Below, one piece after another: positions 21,601 to 29,547 of a stretch of 64,000 nt of DNA. The position numbers and the translations under genes were made by a program. Location: IMG/VR virus record IMGVR_UViG_3300025466_000014, one strand, 5' to 3'. Every line of letters starts with the position of its first letter. Position 1 is the stretch's first letter. A model generated the notes under the pieces. It did no database searches, was not told the DNA's origin, and saw nothing but the letters and a program-made list of their open reading frames with translations. This DNA is from a virus.

Positions 21601-21667
21601 GAGGTAAGCTAGCAGATCCAATATCTAGAATGCTGTTAGTAGAGTTAACGTAGACGAAGTTAGACAT
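18641..21667 (-). CDS. Right-handed beta-helix tailspike/depolymerase (pectate-lyase-3/GH28-like)
   Basis: NVASIQAALNKGG.V....PGVYQI...L.IGSNT beta-helix start; IEGGIFDGN; TSDGIH...NDD resembles the GH28 NTD/DD catalytic motifs; Asn/Thr-rich coils. Confidence 0.75.
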   Translation of the reverse strand: MSNFVYVNSTNSILDIGSASLPPNGSLQFTSPQPALDALSGGLLNRYVGGVLNNTSSYSPITGVTDTSNNLLGLVGPNGTAGYVDAGFFGASPNASAAVNVASIQAALNKGGNVTMLQPGVYQIPYALLIGSNTRFILGKNTTIQLAAATNNNNLGTVTLSNVGTLVTATTTNAIGLTVGSSHIMAVGGVQFSQDFFNGLWQCTITGTNSFNYTLPVTQSNQSATPISGGYIWASGPYMEPGRVDNVLRNVNWASPQFYLLNPQVVSSISIGSIALQFSVIGTHNWNVGDYILIKNDTSRAFSGAWKVFAVASNTVTIEYFSTSVGVPLLNGTIPVYLTAGQATINGNNNFVNTQTIVFNQTVGNITAGVVYYVIATGLTRTTFQISASLNGAAIVPSVLGYAIAQPIVTTNGTTTISMQNSFIGLQQVQFTGVGAGALPTGLTANTNYYVLASSLSTTSFQVSATPNGTAISVGAGTANVYCILSASKCDNNIEIEGGIFDGNGITSDASWMGHILCFNKTANLYVHQTKLVGGLKYSIAFCNSWRPTFRDINLQTTSDGIHSMGPNWGVLVDSITGSTNDDFVVHTSNDPEAAYPFNVFPRNAGAVINFPQGTATLGTVGQGTVPLGGGELIGFTVRNVRPQFQNARYLIDGANSALPFNNITGVLFDGVYPSYFNQSSGSSPTPQFCIASGDAASTTAIINDVTIKNWYLGGTQGGASIITFEDVNIPNYGAIVQINKLEIDNFVSEVPLKTFGAATTTFFEQVWESYQIGTLTVRNSKFDIDNTLGNWALLLPTNSNAAGQYVNKVNIDNCIFSQVTSGTGVISAYWAGGGTGTRVKEVNLTNCYFDSVAATTATYLIPVQGSNNNPATQFNIYNNTFNKVQNVVSSTGSPLNLRIANNTLNASWFNCFVYGSGVNAHNIWWSNNILASGLLCVDPGVTGYVIKQGDTTLKLDLTKVSRNSPGATIVHNGATTAGTIVANNLCICDATNAANSWKQISNTNLVY

Positions 21668-21679
21668 TTTTAATTCCTT

Positions 21680-22036
21680 TTAATTAAGGTTTTTTAGTTT
21701 GTAGAGCGTTGAAAGGAAAACGCCAACAAGCTCATCAACAATATTTTGCAGAGCCGTATCTTTCTCTGATATAGCAGTGTAACGTGTACCTTCTAAAAGA
21801 CCTAGGTGCTCTTCAATAACAACAATAACGTCAGCTTCCTTTGGCGCTTCAAGATACGGAATCTCTACAATACCGTGACGTCCCTGATAAGCCTCAATGA
21901 GCTTGTCGGCCAGCTCTGTTACCTGCTCGTAGTAAGCCTGAAGGGCCATGTGTTGACTGTAACTTTGAGTTTTAAGGTGAGCGCGATGTGCCCAATCACG
22001 AGTTAAAAAGAGCAAAGCAAATAGTTCAGATGCCAT
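21680..22036 (-). CDS. Ferritin/Dps-like four-helix protein (DUF5856-like)
   Basis: H..H.KTQSY.QH.AL..YYE....LAD.LIEAYQG.HG pattern. Confidence 0.65.
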   Translation of the reverse strand: MASELFALLFLTRDWAHRAHLKTQSYSQHMALQAYYEQVTELADKLIEAYQGRHGIVEIPYLEAPKEADVIVVIEEHLGLLEGTRYTAISEKDTALQNIVDELVGVFLSTLYKLKNLN

Positions 22037-22068
22037 AGTTTAATTCCTTTAGAGTTTAAATAAACCTA

Positions 22069-22094
22069 GTTGTAATTTAATGATTAAATTGAAC
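22069..22094. promoter_or_regulatory. Imperfect inverted repeat at the divergence point, made of two ATTAAATT(A/G) motifs
   Basis: gttgtaatttaat-g-attaaattgaac between divergent genes; related copies at 3778, 9328 and 49066. Confidence 0.5.
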
Positions 22095-22104
22095 TATAAA
22101 TACA
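22092..22104 (+). promoter_or_regulatory. Candidate promoter AACTATAAATACA (contains T4-late-like TATAAATA)
   Basis: Identical 13-mer at 33620-33632; variants at 29492 (aactgtaaatac) and 23521 (gttaaatac), each upstream of a plus-strand gene. Confidence 0.55.
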
Positions 22105-22123
22105 ACTAGGAAAATTAAAAATC

Positions 22124-22978
22124 ATGAAAATAACACCTACACGCTCTGGTAAGTCTGAGTTTCTTACAGTCTTTAATAAGGCTATGTCAGAAACTTTGGT
22201 GATGACAAAAAAAGATCCAATGCGTCTTTTTAGACTGCGTTGCTCGCAGATACCTTTCTGCCCCCACAACGCTCTTCTTCAGTATGGCGCCTACGGTATG
22301 CACGAGGCTACTGAGATGATGTCCGCCTATTACTTTGCGGTTGGACACGCGGTGCATAAAGTTGTTCAAGACTATCTGATGCAAAGTGGGCAATTCATTG
22401 CCGACTACCATTGCAATGAATGCGGCAAAAAATACAAGCTAAGCCGTCAAGTTGAGTGCTGCGGATTCTCAACCGCCTACGAAGAAATTGAAGTTTCCTA
22501 CAAGGGCATAATTGGACATATCGACGGCGTATTTGTAGATTCAAAGAAGCGTGTTTGGATTATTGACTACAAAACCTGCACGTTGCTAAACGCAGACTCT
22601 AAAGTTCGTCGACCTAGTCAAGGTTATTCGATGCAAGTTAGGGCCTACGCCTATTTGCTCTGGAAACAATACAAGATAAAAGTCTTTGGCTGTATGCTTG
22701 TTTACCTACCAAGAGACAACCCAGCAGTTCCTAAGATATGGGAACTGCACATGAATGACGACCAGTATAAAAAAGTACGTCAAGCTCTTTTAGAAAATCG
22801 GGCAGTTCATAAGAAAACACTAACCTGTAGCACTCTAGAAGAATATCAAACACTCTTGCCGCACAGATGCGGCGGTGAGTATTGCCGCTACTGCAACAAA
22901 ACAGACGGCCAGTTAAAAACTTTGTTCACAAAATTTATGAAAGCCGGTAGGTACCCAATCAAATCCCCGGAGAGTTAA
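22124..22978 (+). CDS. Cas4-like / RecB-family PD-(D/E)XK exonuclease
   Basis: HIDG...IIDYKT and Q...YA motifs. N-terminal FCP plus C-terminal C-x4-C-x2-C (Fe-S-like). Extra CNECG...CCG ribbon. Confidence 0.8.
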   Translation: MKITPTRSGKSEFLTVFNKAMSETLVMTKKDPMRLFRLRCSQIPFCPHNALLQYGAYGMHEATEMMSAYYFAVGHAVHKVVQDYLMQSGQFIADYHCNECGKKYKLSRQVECCGFSTAYEEIEVSYKGIIGHIDGVFVDSKKRVWIIDYKTCTLLNADSKVRRPSQGYSMQVRAYAYLLWKQYKIKVFGCMLVYLPRDNPAVPKIWELHMNDDQYKKVRQALLENRAVHKKTLTCSTLEEYQTLLPHRCGGEYCRYCNKTDGQLKTLFTKFMKAGRYPIKSPES

Positions 22979-23197
22979 ATGCGAAAAATAGAAGTTAGTG
23001 TTGCAAGAACCGTTCAGGCTAGACAGTTTGAACCAGTTACTGTAGAGGTTAGAGAAACAATCTCAATTGCAGACGAGGAGGACGCAGAAGAAGCTCGGTT
23101 GAGTCTTTATAAAAAAGTCACGGCAATGGTTAAGAAGGGCATCGACAACGAGCTTCTAAAAGCCTCAAAAGAAAATCGCCCCGAAAGGAAAAGATGA
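22979..23197 (+). CDS. Hypothetical protein (72 aa)
   Basis: Abuts the previous stop and overlaps the next start (ATGA). Confidence 0.7.
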   Translation: MRKIEVSVARTVQARQFEPVTVEVRETISIADEEDAEEARLSLYKKVTAMVKKGIDNELLKASKENRPERKR

Positions 23198-23511
23198 TGA
23201 CAATTGAATCCATTCTCAAAGACATAAAGCCCAAAAGAGAAAAAGAGAAAGTTATACCCATAATGCCGGGTAAGTATCGAATTATCGGAAACGTAAAGAA
23301 CGCTACGCTGAGTGAGGTTAGTTGCGTTGCTGGCGCAGTTATGATAGAGATAGGCAGCGTAGCAGCAGACACAATGATTGTAAATGAGGTTACCCCGATT
23401 TACGAAAACAGTAAGGACGTCTGTCTAACCAAACTTACGCAGCTACGTAAATGGCTGCCTTGTAAAAGCTGTGCTCATAGAGTTTTTATTGAACCCACGG
23501 GTGCTGAATAA
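23194..23511 (+). CDS. Hypothetical protein (105 aa)
   Basis: Operon-like packing; C-terminal CKSC. Confidence 0.65.
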   Translation: MMTIESILKDIKPKREKEKVIPIMPGKYRIIGNVKNATLSEVSCVAGAVMIEIGSVAADTMIVNEVTPIYENSKDVCLTKLTQLRKWLPCKSCAHRVFIEPTGAE

Positions 23512-23550
23512 AATCAAAACGTTAAATACGTTAATTAACTTAAAGATACT

Positions 23551-24660
23551 ATGGCACAAGAATCTACCACCCTTCACACAAAATATCGCCCAGAGACATT
23601 AGAAGACGTAATTGGGCATGAGGTTGCGGTTACTCGCCTAAGGGGTATGCTTAAAACAGGAAAAATACCTGGAGCATTTCTCTTCACAGGCCCGCCTTCA
23701 GTTGGCAAAACTACTCTTGCACGAGCTTTGGCTGCCGCAATTAACGGCAAGCCAGTAAGTCAGCAGCAAGCAGACTACCGAGAGCTAAACGCGGGCGACC
23801 AACGAGGCATTGAGGACATGCGAGAACTAGTTCGCATATCTAAGTTTCGACCTTCTGGTAAAAAGAAAATATTTGTTATTGACGAGGCCCAAGCCCTCTT
23901 AACAAATAATGTTGCGGCCACGGCGATTTTGAAGCCTTTGGAAGATGCAGGTACAACAGATACAATCTGGATTCTGTGCTCTATGGACCCCTCAAAGTTT
24001 GCGTCCGCAACAACAGGCAAGGCAATTGCTAAACGTTGTACGCAAATTGTTCTTGAGCCGCATCCTAACTCTGTTCTGCTAAAACAAGGCCTCAAAATCG
24101 CTAAGGGCGAGAAGATGAGTTATCTGGAGAAAGACCTTCTAAAGGAAATTGTTAAGGCTTCTGACCAAGACATGCGGACACTTGCTAACCTAATCGGCGG
24201 TGTTAGAGACTACTGGGAAGGCTTGAAAGACAAAGAAGAGCTAACGGCTGAGGCTATTGCTGACGTTATTAAGTCTACTGAGAATTCAGATGACAAGCTT
24301 GTGGTTTCTGTTCTATCTGGCGTTTTTCTTTTGAAATACACGCAGGTACAACGTGCTCTAATGGATGTACAGGACGGCTTCGGTTTCTTGAAAAAGCTTT
24401 CCTGGACGGCCGAAGCTTTGCTAAACAACGCTGTTCTAAACGGTGAACGACATCCTAAGGTCTGGCTATCCCAAATGGCAAGAGATGTGCAGAATCTTCT
24501 TAAAGCTCAGAAGATTACTCTTGGCGAGTACGCTGCGGTTAACGAGGCTCTAGTTAGCTGTGCCCTTTCTGCTAATGCTTTTGCGGTAACGGAAACACAA
24601 TTACTTTCCGCAAGGCTGTATCGGTTAATTAAAGACTTAAACGCTGGAAGGAATAAGTAA
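23551..24660 (+). CDS. Clamp loader ATPase, DNA polymerase III gamma/tau (DnaX)/RFC-like
   Basis: KYRPETLEDVIGHE; Walker A GPPSVGKTT; Walker B FVIDEAQ; KRC at the SRC position. Confidence 0.85.
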   Translation: MAQESTTLHTKYRPETLEDVIGHEVAVTRLRGMLKTGKIPGAFLFTGPPSVGKTTLARALAAAINGKPVSQQQADYRELNAGDQRGIEDMRELVRISKFRPSGKKKIFVIDEAQALLTNNVAATAILKPLEDAGTTDTIWILCSMDPSKFASATTGKAIAKRCTQIVLEPHPNSVLLKQGLKIAKGEKMSYLEKDLLKEIVKASDQDMRTLANLIGGVRDYWEGLKDKEELTAEAIADVIKSTENSDDKLVVSVLSGVFLLKYTQVQRALMDVQDGFGFLKKLSWTAEALLNNAVLNGERHPKVWLSQMARDVQNLLKAQKITLGEYAAVNEALVSCALSANAFAVTETQLLSARLYRLIKDLNAGRNK

Positions 24661-25428
24661 ATGCGCCCCCTAAAAGATATGGTAGGTATTCACAATTTCT
24701 TTAGCGAGAACATAAAGCCTAAGAAAATTATTAGCTTCTCAGGGTCAGCAGGTTCAGGTAAAGATACCGCTGCGAGTTTCCTTATTGAAAAGTACGGTTT
24801 TACAAAATTTTCCTTTGCTGGCATACTAAAGGACATTGTTGCAGATCTCTTCTCTTGGCCTAGGCACATGGTTGAAGGCGACACAAAAGATTCCAGAGCA
24901 TGGCGAGAGCAAGAAGACGCGTGGTGGACAGAGCGTCTAGACTTCGGCGTCCCAATTACGCCTCGTTGGGTTTTGCAATATATTGGAACAGAAGTTTTCA
25001 GGAACAACTTTCAATCCAATATTTGGGTGCTGGCGCTAGAACGTGCAATAGACACATGCCCTACAGACGTCGTTATAACCGACGCCCGGTTCTTTCAAGA
25101 GTTTGAATTCCTAAAAGCCAAGCAGGCAAAGATTGTAGGTCTTCATCGTGTTACTCCTAAATGGTTAGACAAGTTCTACAAAGGAGTAGAAGCAGAGATG
25201 GAGAAGACGGAATGGACTTGGAGTACCCCCACGCTTAATACGGCCTACCTAGACGACCTGGCTAAGGCTGCAAATCAGGTTGTGGTAAAGCAACAGATTA
25301 AGGGGCCTAACGGTCATCTTCTCCACTCCTCCGAGTACCTGCATTTTCTGTGGCAATGGTACGATGTTGTAATTGAAAACAAATCTGACGTAAACAGTCT
25401 ATTTACCAAAGTAGAAACTTTTGTGTAA
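24661..25428 (+). CDS. Deoxynucleoside monophosphate kinase (T4 gp1-like)
   Basis: GSAGSGKDT P-loop; FAGILK; PRWVLQYIGTEVFR; VITDARF. Confidence 0.85.
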   Translation: MRPLKDMVGIHNFFSENIKPKKIISFSGSAGSGKDTAASFLIEKYGFTKFSFAGILKDIVADLFSWPRHMVEGDTKDSRAWREQEDAWWTERLDFGVPITPRWVLQYIGTEVFRNNFQSNIWVLALERAIDTCPTDVVITDARFFQEFEFLKAKQAKIVGLHRVTPKWLDKFYKGVEAEMEKTEWTWSTPTLNTAYLDDLAKAANQVVVKQQIKGPNGHLLHSSEYLHFLWQWYDVVIENKSDVNSLFTKVETFV

Positions 25429-25434
25429 CTTTCG

Positions 25435-27573
25435 ATGCTGACAATAAAAAAATTCGGTATAGGTGGTGTAGGTCCCTTTAAGAAGCAGGTTAGCCTGGAC
25501 ATTGTTCCAGGCATAACTTACCTTTACGGTAAGGATATTACAAAGGGTGGTAACGGTAATGCGGCTGGTAAGTCTTTATTTGCCGCGTCCTCAGCAGAGA
25601 TTTTCTACGATACACCCTTGGTAGGTCATAAGCAGGATAGGGCAAAGAAAGGTTCTAGGTTTATTGAATTCGTTAAGGACGGCAAGACAGTAAGAATCGA
25701 AACGGTCTTTAACGGTAAAAGTGAAAAGGTTTCTATTGAGATCTCAGGCAAAGACGGCACGGAGCGCACTAACAAGATGACCAAAGAAGCGGCTAGAAAG
25801 CTTTGGTCAATTAGTGAAACAGACTACCGTACATACGCCTATTTAGATTCACAGGTCCCCCATCCGCTGGTTCGTGGTTCGACTACAGAGCGTAAAGAGT
25901 TCTTTACCTCGTTCTTTAGGCTCGATATACTAGATGCCGAGAAGAAAATCTTTCAAGCAGAATTGCTTAGAGTTAAAAAGGCAAGGACTGCTCTTATAGA
26001 GCTTGAAACTGCCTATAAAGATTTGACTAAAGATCTTCTTCCAAGAGAAAAATACATTGAATACTCTGAAAATCTTGCAAGGCTTGAAAAGCGATTAGAG
26101 ACTCTGCGGGACCAATCTGCAAGTAATGCGCGCCTACAAAGGCTTTTGGATTTTGAGAGCTATGCTGGCCCTAATTTGACAAAACTTAAAAAGCTTGTTG
26201 ATGATCTGGACGATTTCCATAAAATCCACAAGAGCTTCCAAAGAAGGTTAGCAGTAGCCAAGGAGAGAGAATCTCAATTAGAGGAGTACAAACTTTACAG
26301 GCGTGAATTAAAGAATTACAAAGACGCAATATCTGATTTGGATATGGATGCGTCTATGGAAGATTTACGTGAAGCTTCTGAGGCTTATCAAAAGGCTAGT
26401 TCTAAATGTACTGAGCTTGAAGACCTAGAGGCTCCTAAAAAGGTAAGGCAGCCACAAAAGCCAGAATCAGACAGAGACCTCTTAGTTGCTAGGCGGTCCA
26501 AGTTAAAGCATGAGCGCGAACACTTTTTAAAATTCAAAAAAGGTATATGCGAAACATGCGGACAATCTGTTAAAGTATCTTCACCAGAAAAGGTCAAAGC
26601 AAATCTTCTAAAGGTAGAAGCGGAGCTAGAAGAATGGGATACGTATCTTGAAGATTTAGAAACCTACAAAGCCTTTCTTAAAGAACAAGAAGCTTACAAT
26701 AAAGACGTTGCGCTCTTAGAAAAGGCTAAAGCAATTAAGAAGAAAAACAAAGAGCTCCACGAACTATATAAAAAGAGGTCTAGTTTAAAAGAGCCTACGC
26801 AGGTAGAAAAACCTGAAGACGTGGAAGAGATTGAATTTTTGCAGAAGAGGTTAGCGGTGCTTGACTTCTGCAAACCGCATATTGAGACTATTAGAGACTT
26901 AGAAACTTTAACCGAACAAGACCGTAATAAAAGATTCGATTTAACAGAGCTTGACGGGCTTCAAGAAGAAGTTACTGAAGTAAAAATAGCTTTAGAGATA
27001 CATAAGTCTGTTCGAGGCAAGGCCAAAAACGTTAAAAGCCGAATAGAGGAGATATCTGTTCTAGTAGAGAACGAAAAGGCTTTGGAACTTTTGGTTGAAG
27101 GTTACGCAGAGAAGGCCATTAAGAAGATGGCAGTAGAGGCTATATCCCAGCGTCTAATGTCTACGGTTAACAAATACGCACCCCTGGTATTTGAGGACTA
27201 TCACTTTGAATTTGTTTGGAATTCTCAAATATCTTTGCTAGTCTCTCGCAATGGAGGAGAGCCTACAGACGTTAGAAAGTTGTCGGGTGCAGAGTCCAAG
27301 TTGTTTACCCTAATCCTTGTCCTAAGTCTTTTAATGTTTGTGCCTAAAGCAAAGCGGTTGTCTTTAATTATTCTAGACGAACCCCTTGCCTCATTTTCGG
27401 AGGAAACTGGAGAGTTGTTTCACAAACTTTTGCCGCACATACAGCAGGTTATACCTTCAATTCTTGTCGTAACTCCTGACGCAAGAGAACGGTTTGAAGG
27501 TGCCAACGAGTTCACAGTTGTAAAAACATCTAAAGGTAGTCAAATTGTCCAAGGTCATCCATCTACTATCTAA
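25435..27573 (+). CDS. SbcC/Rad50/gp46-like SMC ATPase
   Basis: Walker A NAAGKS, coiled coil with zinc hook CETCG, signature LSGAE, Walker B IILDEP. Confidence 0.9.
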   Translation: MLTIKKFGIGGVGPFKKQVSLDIVPGITYLYGKDITKGGNGNAAGKSLFAASSAEIFYDTPLVGHKQDRAKKGSRFIEFVKDGKTVRIETVFNGKSEKVSIEISGKDGTERTNKMTKEAARKLWSISETDYRTYAYLDSQVPHPLVRGSTTERKEFFTSFFRLDILDAEKKIFQAELLRVKKARTALIELETAYKDLTKDLLPREKYIEYSENLARLEKRLETLRDQSASNARLQRLLDFESYAGPNLTKLKKLVDDLDDFHKIHKSFQRRLAVAKERESQLEEYKLYRRELKNYKDAISDLDMDASMEDLREASEAYQKASSKCTELEDLEAPKKVRQPQKPESDRDLLVARRSKLKHEREHFLKFKKGICETCGQSVKVSSPEKVKANLLKVEAELEEWDTYLEDLETYKAFLKEQEAYNKDVALLEKAKAIKKKNKELHELYKKRSSLKEPTQVEKPEDVEEIEFLQKRLAVLDFCKPHIETIRDLETLTEQDRNKRFDLTELDGLQEEVTEVKIALEIHKSVRGKAKNVKSRIEEISVLVENEKALELLVEGYAEKAIKKMAVEAISQRLMSTVNKYAPLVFEDYHFEFVWNSQISLLVSRNGGEPTDVRKLSGAESKLFTLILVLSLLMFVPKAKRLSLIILDEPLASFSEETGELFHKLLPHIQQVIPSILVVTPDARERFEGANEFTVVKTSKGSQIVQGHPSTI

Positions 27574-28258
27574 GCCTGTGCCCGTATTTGGCACAGCCCG
27601 GTATTCTCCTTTCGAGCTGTCTGTTACTCTTAAAGACTTGAGAGTATCCCATACCTACAAAGTTCGTGCCTCCGTACCTAATCGAGTCTGTGTCGAGAAG
27701 ATGGTTAACTGCGGTTACCCTCAACCACATTGGGTTCACGTAACCGATAGTCTGGACTTTTTAAAAGAGGGCGCAGTTAATTTTATATCAGCAGCTTTTA
27801 GTGAATTAGCTTTAACCAACATACCCAGTTTATCGGTTTTAAGTCTTGAAAAAGCAATTAAAGACGCATTAGCTAATGACGCAAAACAGAGTGTTCTGCC
27901 GCAAGTGGAAGAGTTGTCTCCCATGGACTACGTCAACATTGTCGCAAAACCCTCTCTTTTAAACTGCATTCAGACTACGGTTTACAAAATAAACCCGTAT
28001 GCGCTTAGAAAAGAGATTCAGGAGATGATTTTAAATTTCCTGAACTCTAGAGTGTCTATTGCACAAATGAAAAACACTCTCAAAGGTAACCTTAAACTGG
28101 AGCAGCTTATTCCCATGATTATGGAAGCACTTCCTCTAAGAGATGCTGTCGCAAGACTTAAGACAGAATCCCTAGAAGCAGTATCCTTAGATACTGGGTT
28201 TCCTACTTTTGAGCTCTTGTACATTAGTAAAGTACGCAAATTAGAAAAGGGAAAATAA
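27545..28258 (+). CDS. Hypothetical protein (237 aa)
   Basis: Long ORF overlapping both neighbours; no motif recognised. Confidence 0.7.
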   Translation: MSKVIHLLSKPVPVFGTARYSPFELSVTLKDLRVSHTYKVRASVPNRVCVEKMVNCGYPQPHWVHVTDSLDFLKEGAVNFISAAFSELALTNIPSLSVLSLEKAIKDALANDAKQSVLPQVEELSPMDYVNIVAKPSLLNCIQTTVYKINPYALRKEIQEMILNFLNSRVSIAQMKNTLKGNLKLEQLIPMIMEALPLRDAVARLKTESLEAVSLDTGFPTFELLYISKVRKLEKGK

Positions 28259-28545
28259 TGGCAAGCACCGGAGCACTAATAACCGCAGTATACCTGGATA
28301 AAACCGTGCAATTGTTGGTAGCTCCCTCAACGCTGGTTTTCGACGGTAAAAACTACGTTGACCCGTTTGTTGCCAAAACGGTTGTTATTTTAGGAGACAA
28401 CCTCCTTACGTCTTCTCCTCAGGTTTATCCTATTAACCCTACGCCTTCTCCCGTATTCACTTACGAGAACGAACTTATTTGCACGGTAATCTCGGTGTCG
28501 GTTACCACTACAGATCAGGTAGACGTTATAAGCACTCCTGCTTAA
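28258..28545 (+). CDS. Hypothetical beta-rich protein (95 aa)
   Basis: AAGGG RBS and TAATG coupling to the upstream gene. Confidence 0.7.
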   Translation: MASTGALITAVYLDKTVQLLVAPSTLVFDGKNYVDPFVAKTVVILGDNLLTSSPQVYPINPTPSPVFTYENELICTVISVSVTTTDQVDVISTPA

Positions 28546-28600
28546 ATTCAATCGGCCAATCAAATAATCAGATAATCAGTCAAACAATTAAAGGAAAATT

Positions 28601-29431
28601 ATGACAGTTACTATTTCTTCTACTGGTGTGCAGCAGGTGCTGGCGGCTGCTGGCGGTAATGTTTACGGCTTAGCCCTTAAAGTCAAGCCAAGCGCTCAAA
28701 CTATTTTGCCGGCTCTGAAGCAGGACGGAACTCTGTTGGGGTATTACCCACTTACCAGCAGCTACAATTTTCAAGGTACTGAGGTTTCAGCAAACCTAGG
28801 GGACACTACAGTACCTTTAACTACGGTTACGCGTCCAGCCGAACCTGGTAGCGGCGGCAAAGTAACGCAATTTGTGGCGGCCGTGTTTCCTAGCAGCATT
28901 GCGTCTAACCTAATTCCTTGGATGTCCTCTATTTTCGTTTCGCAATCTCCTGGCCTTTATCAGATGCACAACATTGCCAACGGACACGTTGTTACCACAG
29001 GTAGCGCAGGCTATACGTTGAACGCCCTTGCGTCCGGCCTGAATGCAGCCCTACCTACTGTAACTGCGGCAGCCGCTCCGGCAGTAACAACACCAGCAGC
29101 CATGACCTGGGCAGTGTCTTCAAAATACGCGGCAATTACTGCTAACAATTCTTTTATTGACGTTAACTGGCAAACACTGTTCAAGACAAAAACTGCTGGT
29201 GACATTGGTCAGCGCATTTCAATTGTGTCTAATCCCGCTAGTGGCTTTGTTGCGTCTATTGTTCCAACTTACGCAGTTGAGGCCGGCACTACTGGTGCAA
29301 TTCATGTCTACAATACTATTCGCATTACGCGCATTGCAGATGTTGCTCCTGGTCTTTTCACATTCAACTTTTTAGTCTACGGTCTTAACGGTTTGACTTC
29401 TGCTGTCGTTTTGAATTTGACAGTTCTCTAA
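28601..29431 (+). CDS. Putative virion protein with C-terminal Ig-like strand pattern
   Basis: Strong AAAGGA RBS; A/T/V/G/S-rich composition unlike its neighbours; ends TFNFLVYGLNGLTSAVVLNLTVL; followed by a terminator. Confidence 0.55.
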   Translation: MTVTISSTGVQQVLAAAGGNVYGLALKVKPSAQTILPALKQDGTLLGYYPLTSSYNFQGTEVSANLGDTTVPLTTVTRPAEPGSGGKVTQFVAAVFPSSIASNLIPWMSSIFVSQSPGLYQMHNIANGHVVTTGSAGYTLNALASGLNAALPTVTAAAAPAVTTPAAMTWAVSSKYAAITANNSFIDVNWQTLFKTKTAGDIGQRISIVSNPASGFVASIVPTYAVEAGTTGAIHVYNTIRITRIADVAPGLFTFNFLVYGLNGLTSAVVLNLTVL

Positions 29432-29443
29432 TATTAGAAAATT

Positions 29444-29481
29444 AAAAATGGCCCTGTATGGAAACGTGCAGGGCCATTTTT
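29444..29481 (+). terminator. Intrinsic terminator (possibly bidirectional)
   Basis: aaaaatggccctgta-tggaaacg-tgcagggccattttt. Confidence 0.75.
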
Positions 29482-29547
29482 GCCCTTCCTTAACTGTAAA
29501 TACGGCGGTAAACACCTACCCAATCGTATTAACCTACAGACTATTAA

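Noticed and set aside
22124-22978. Cas4-like gene as part of a CRISPR system
   Set aside because: No repeat-spacer array or other cas genes are present; solo Cas4-like nucleases are common in phage recombination modules.
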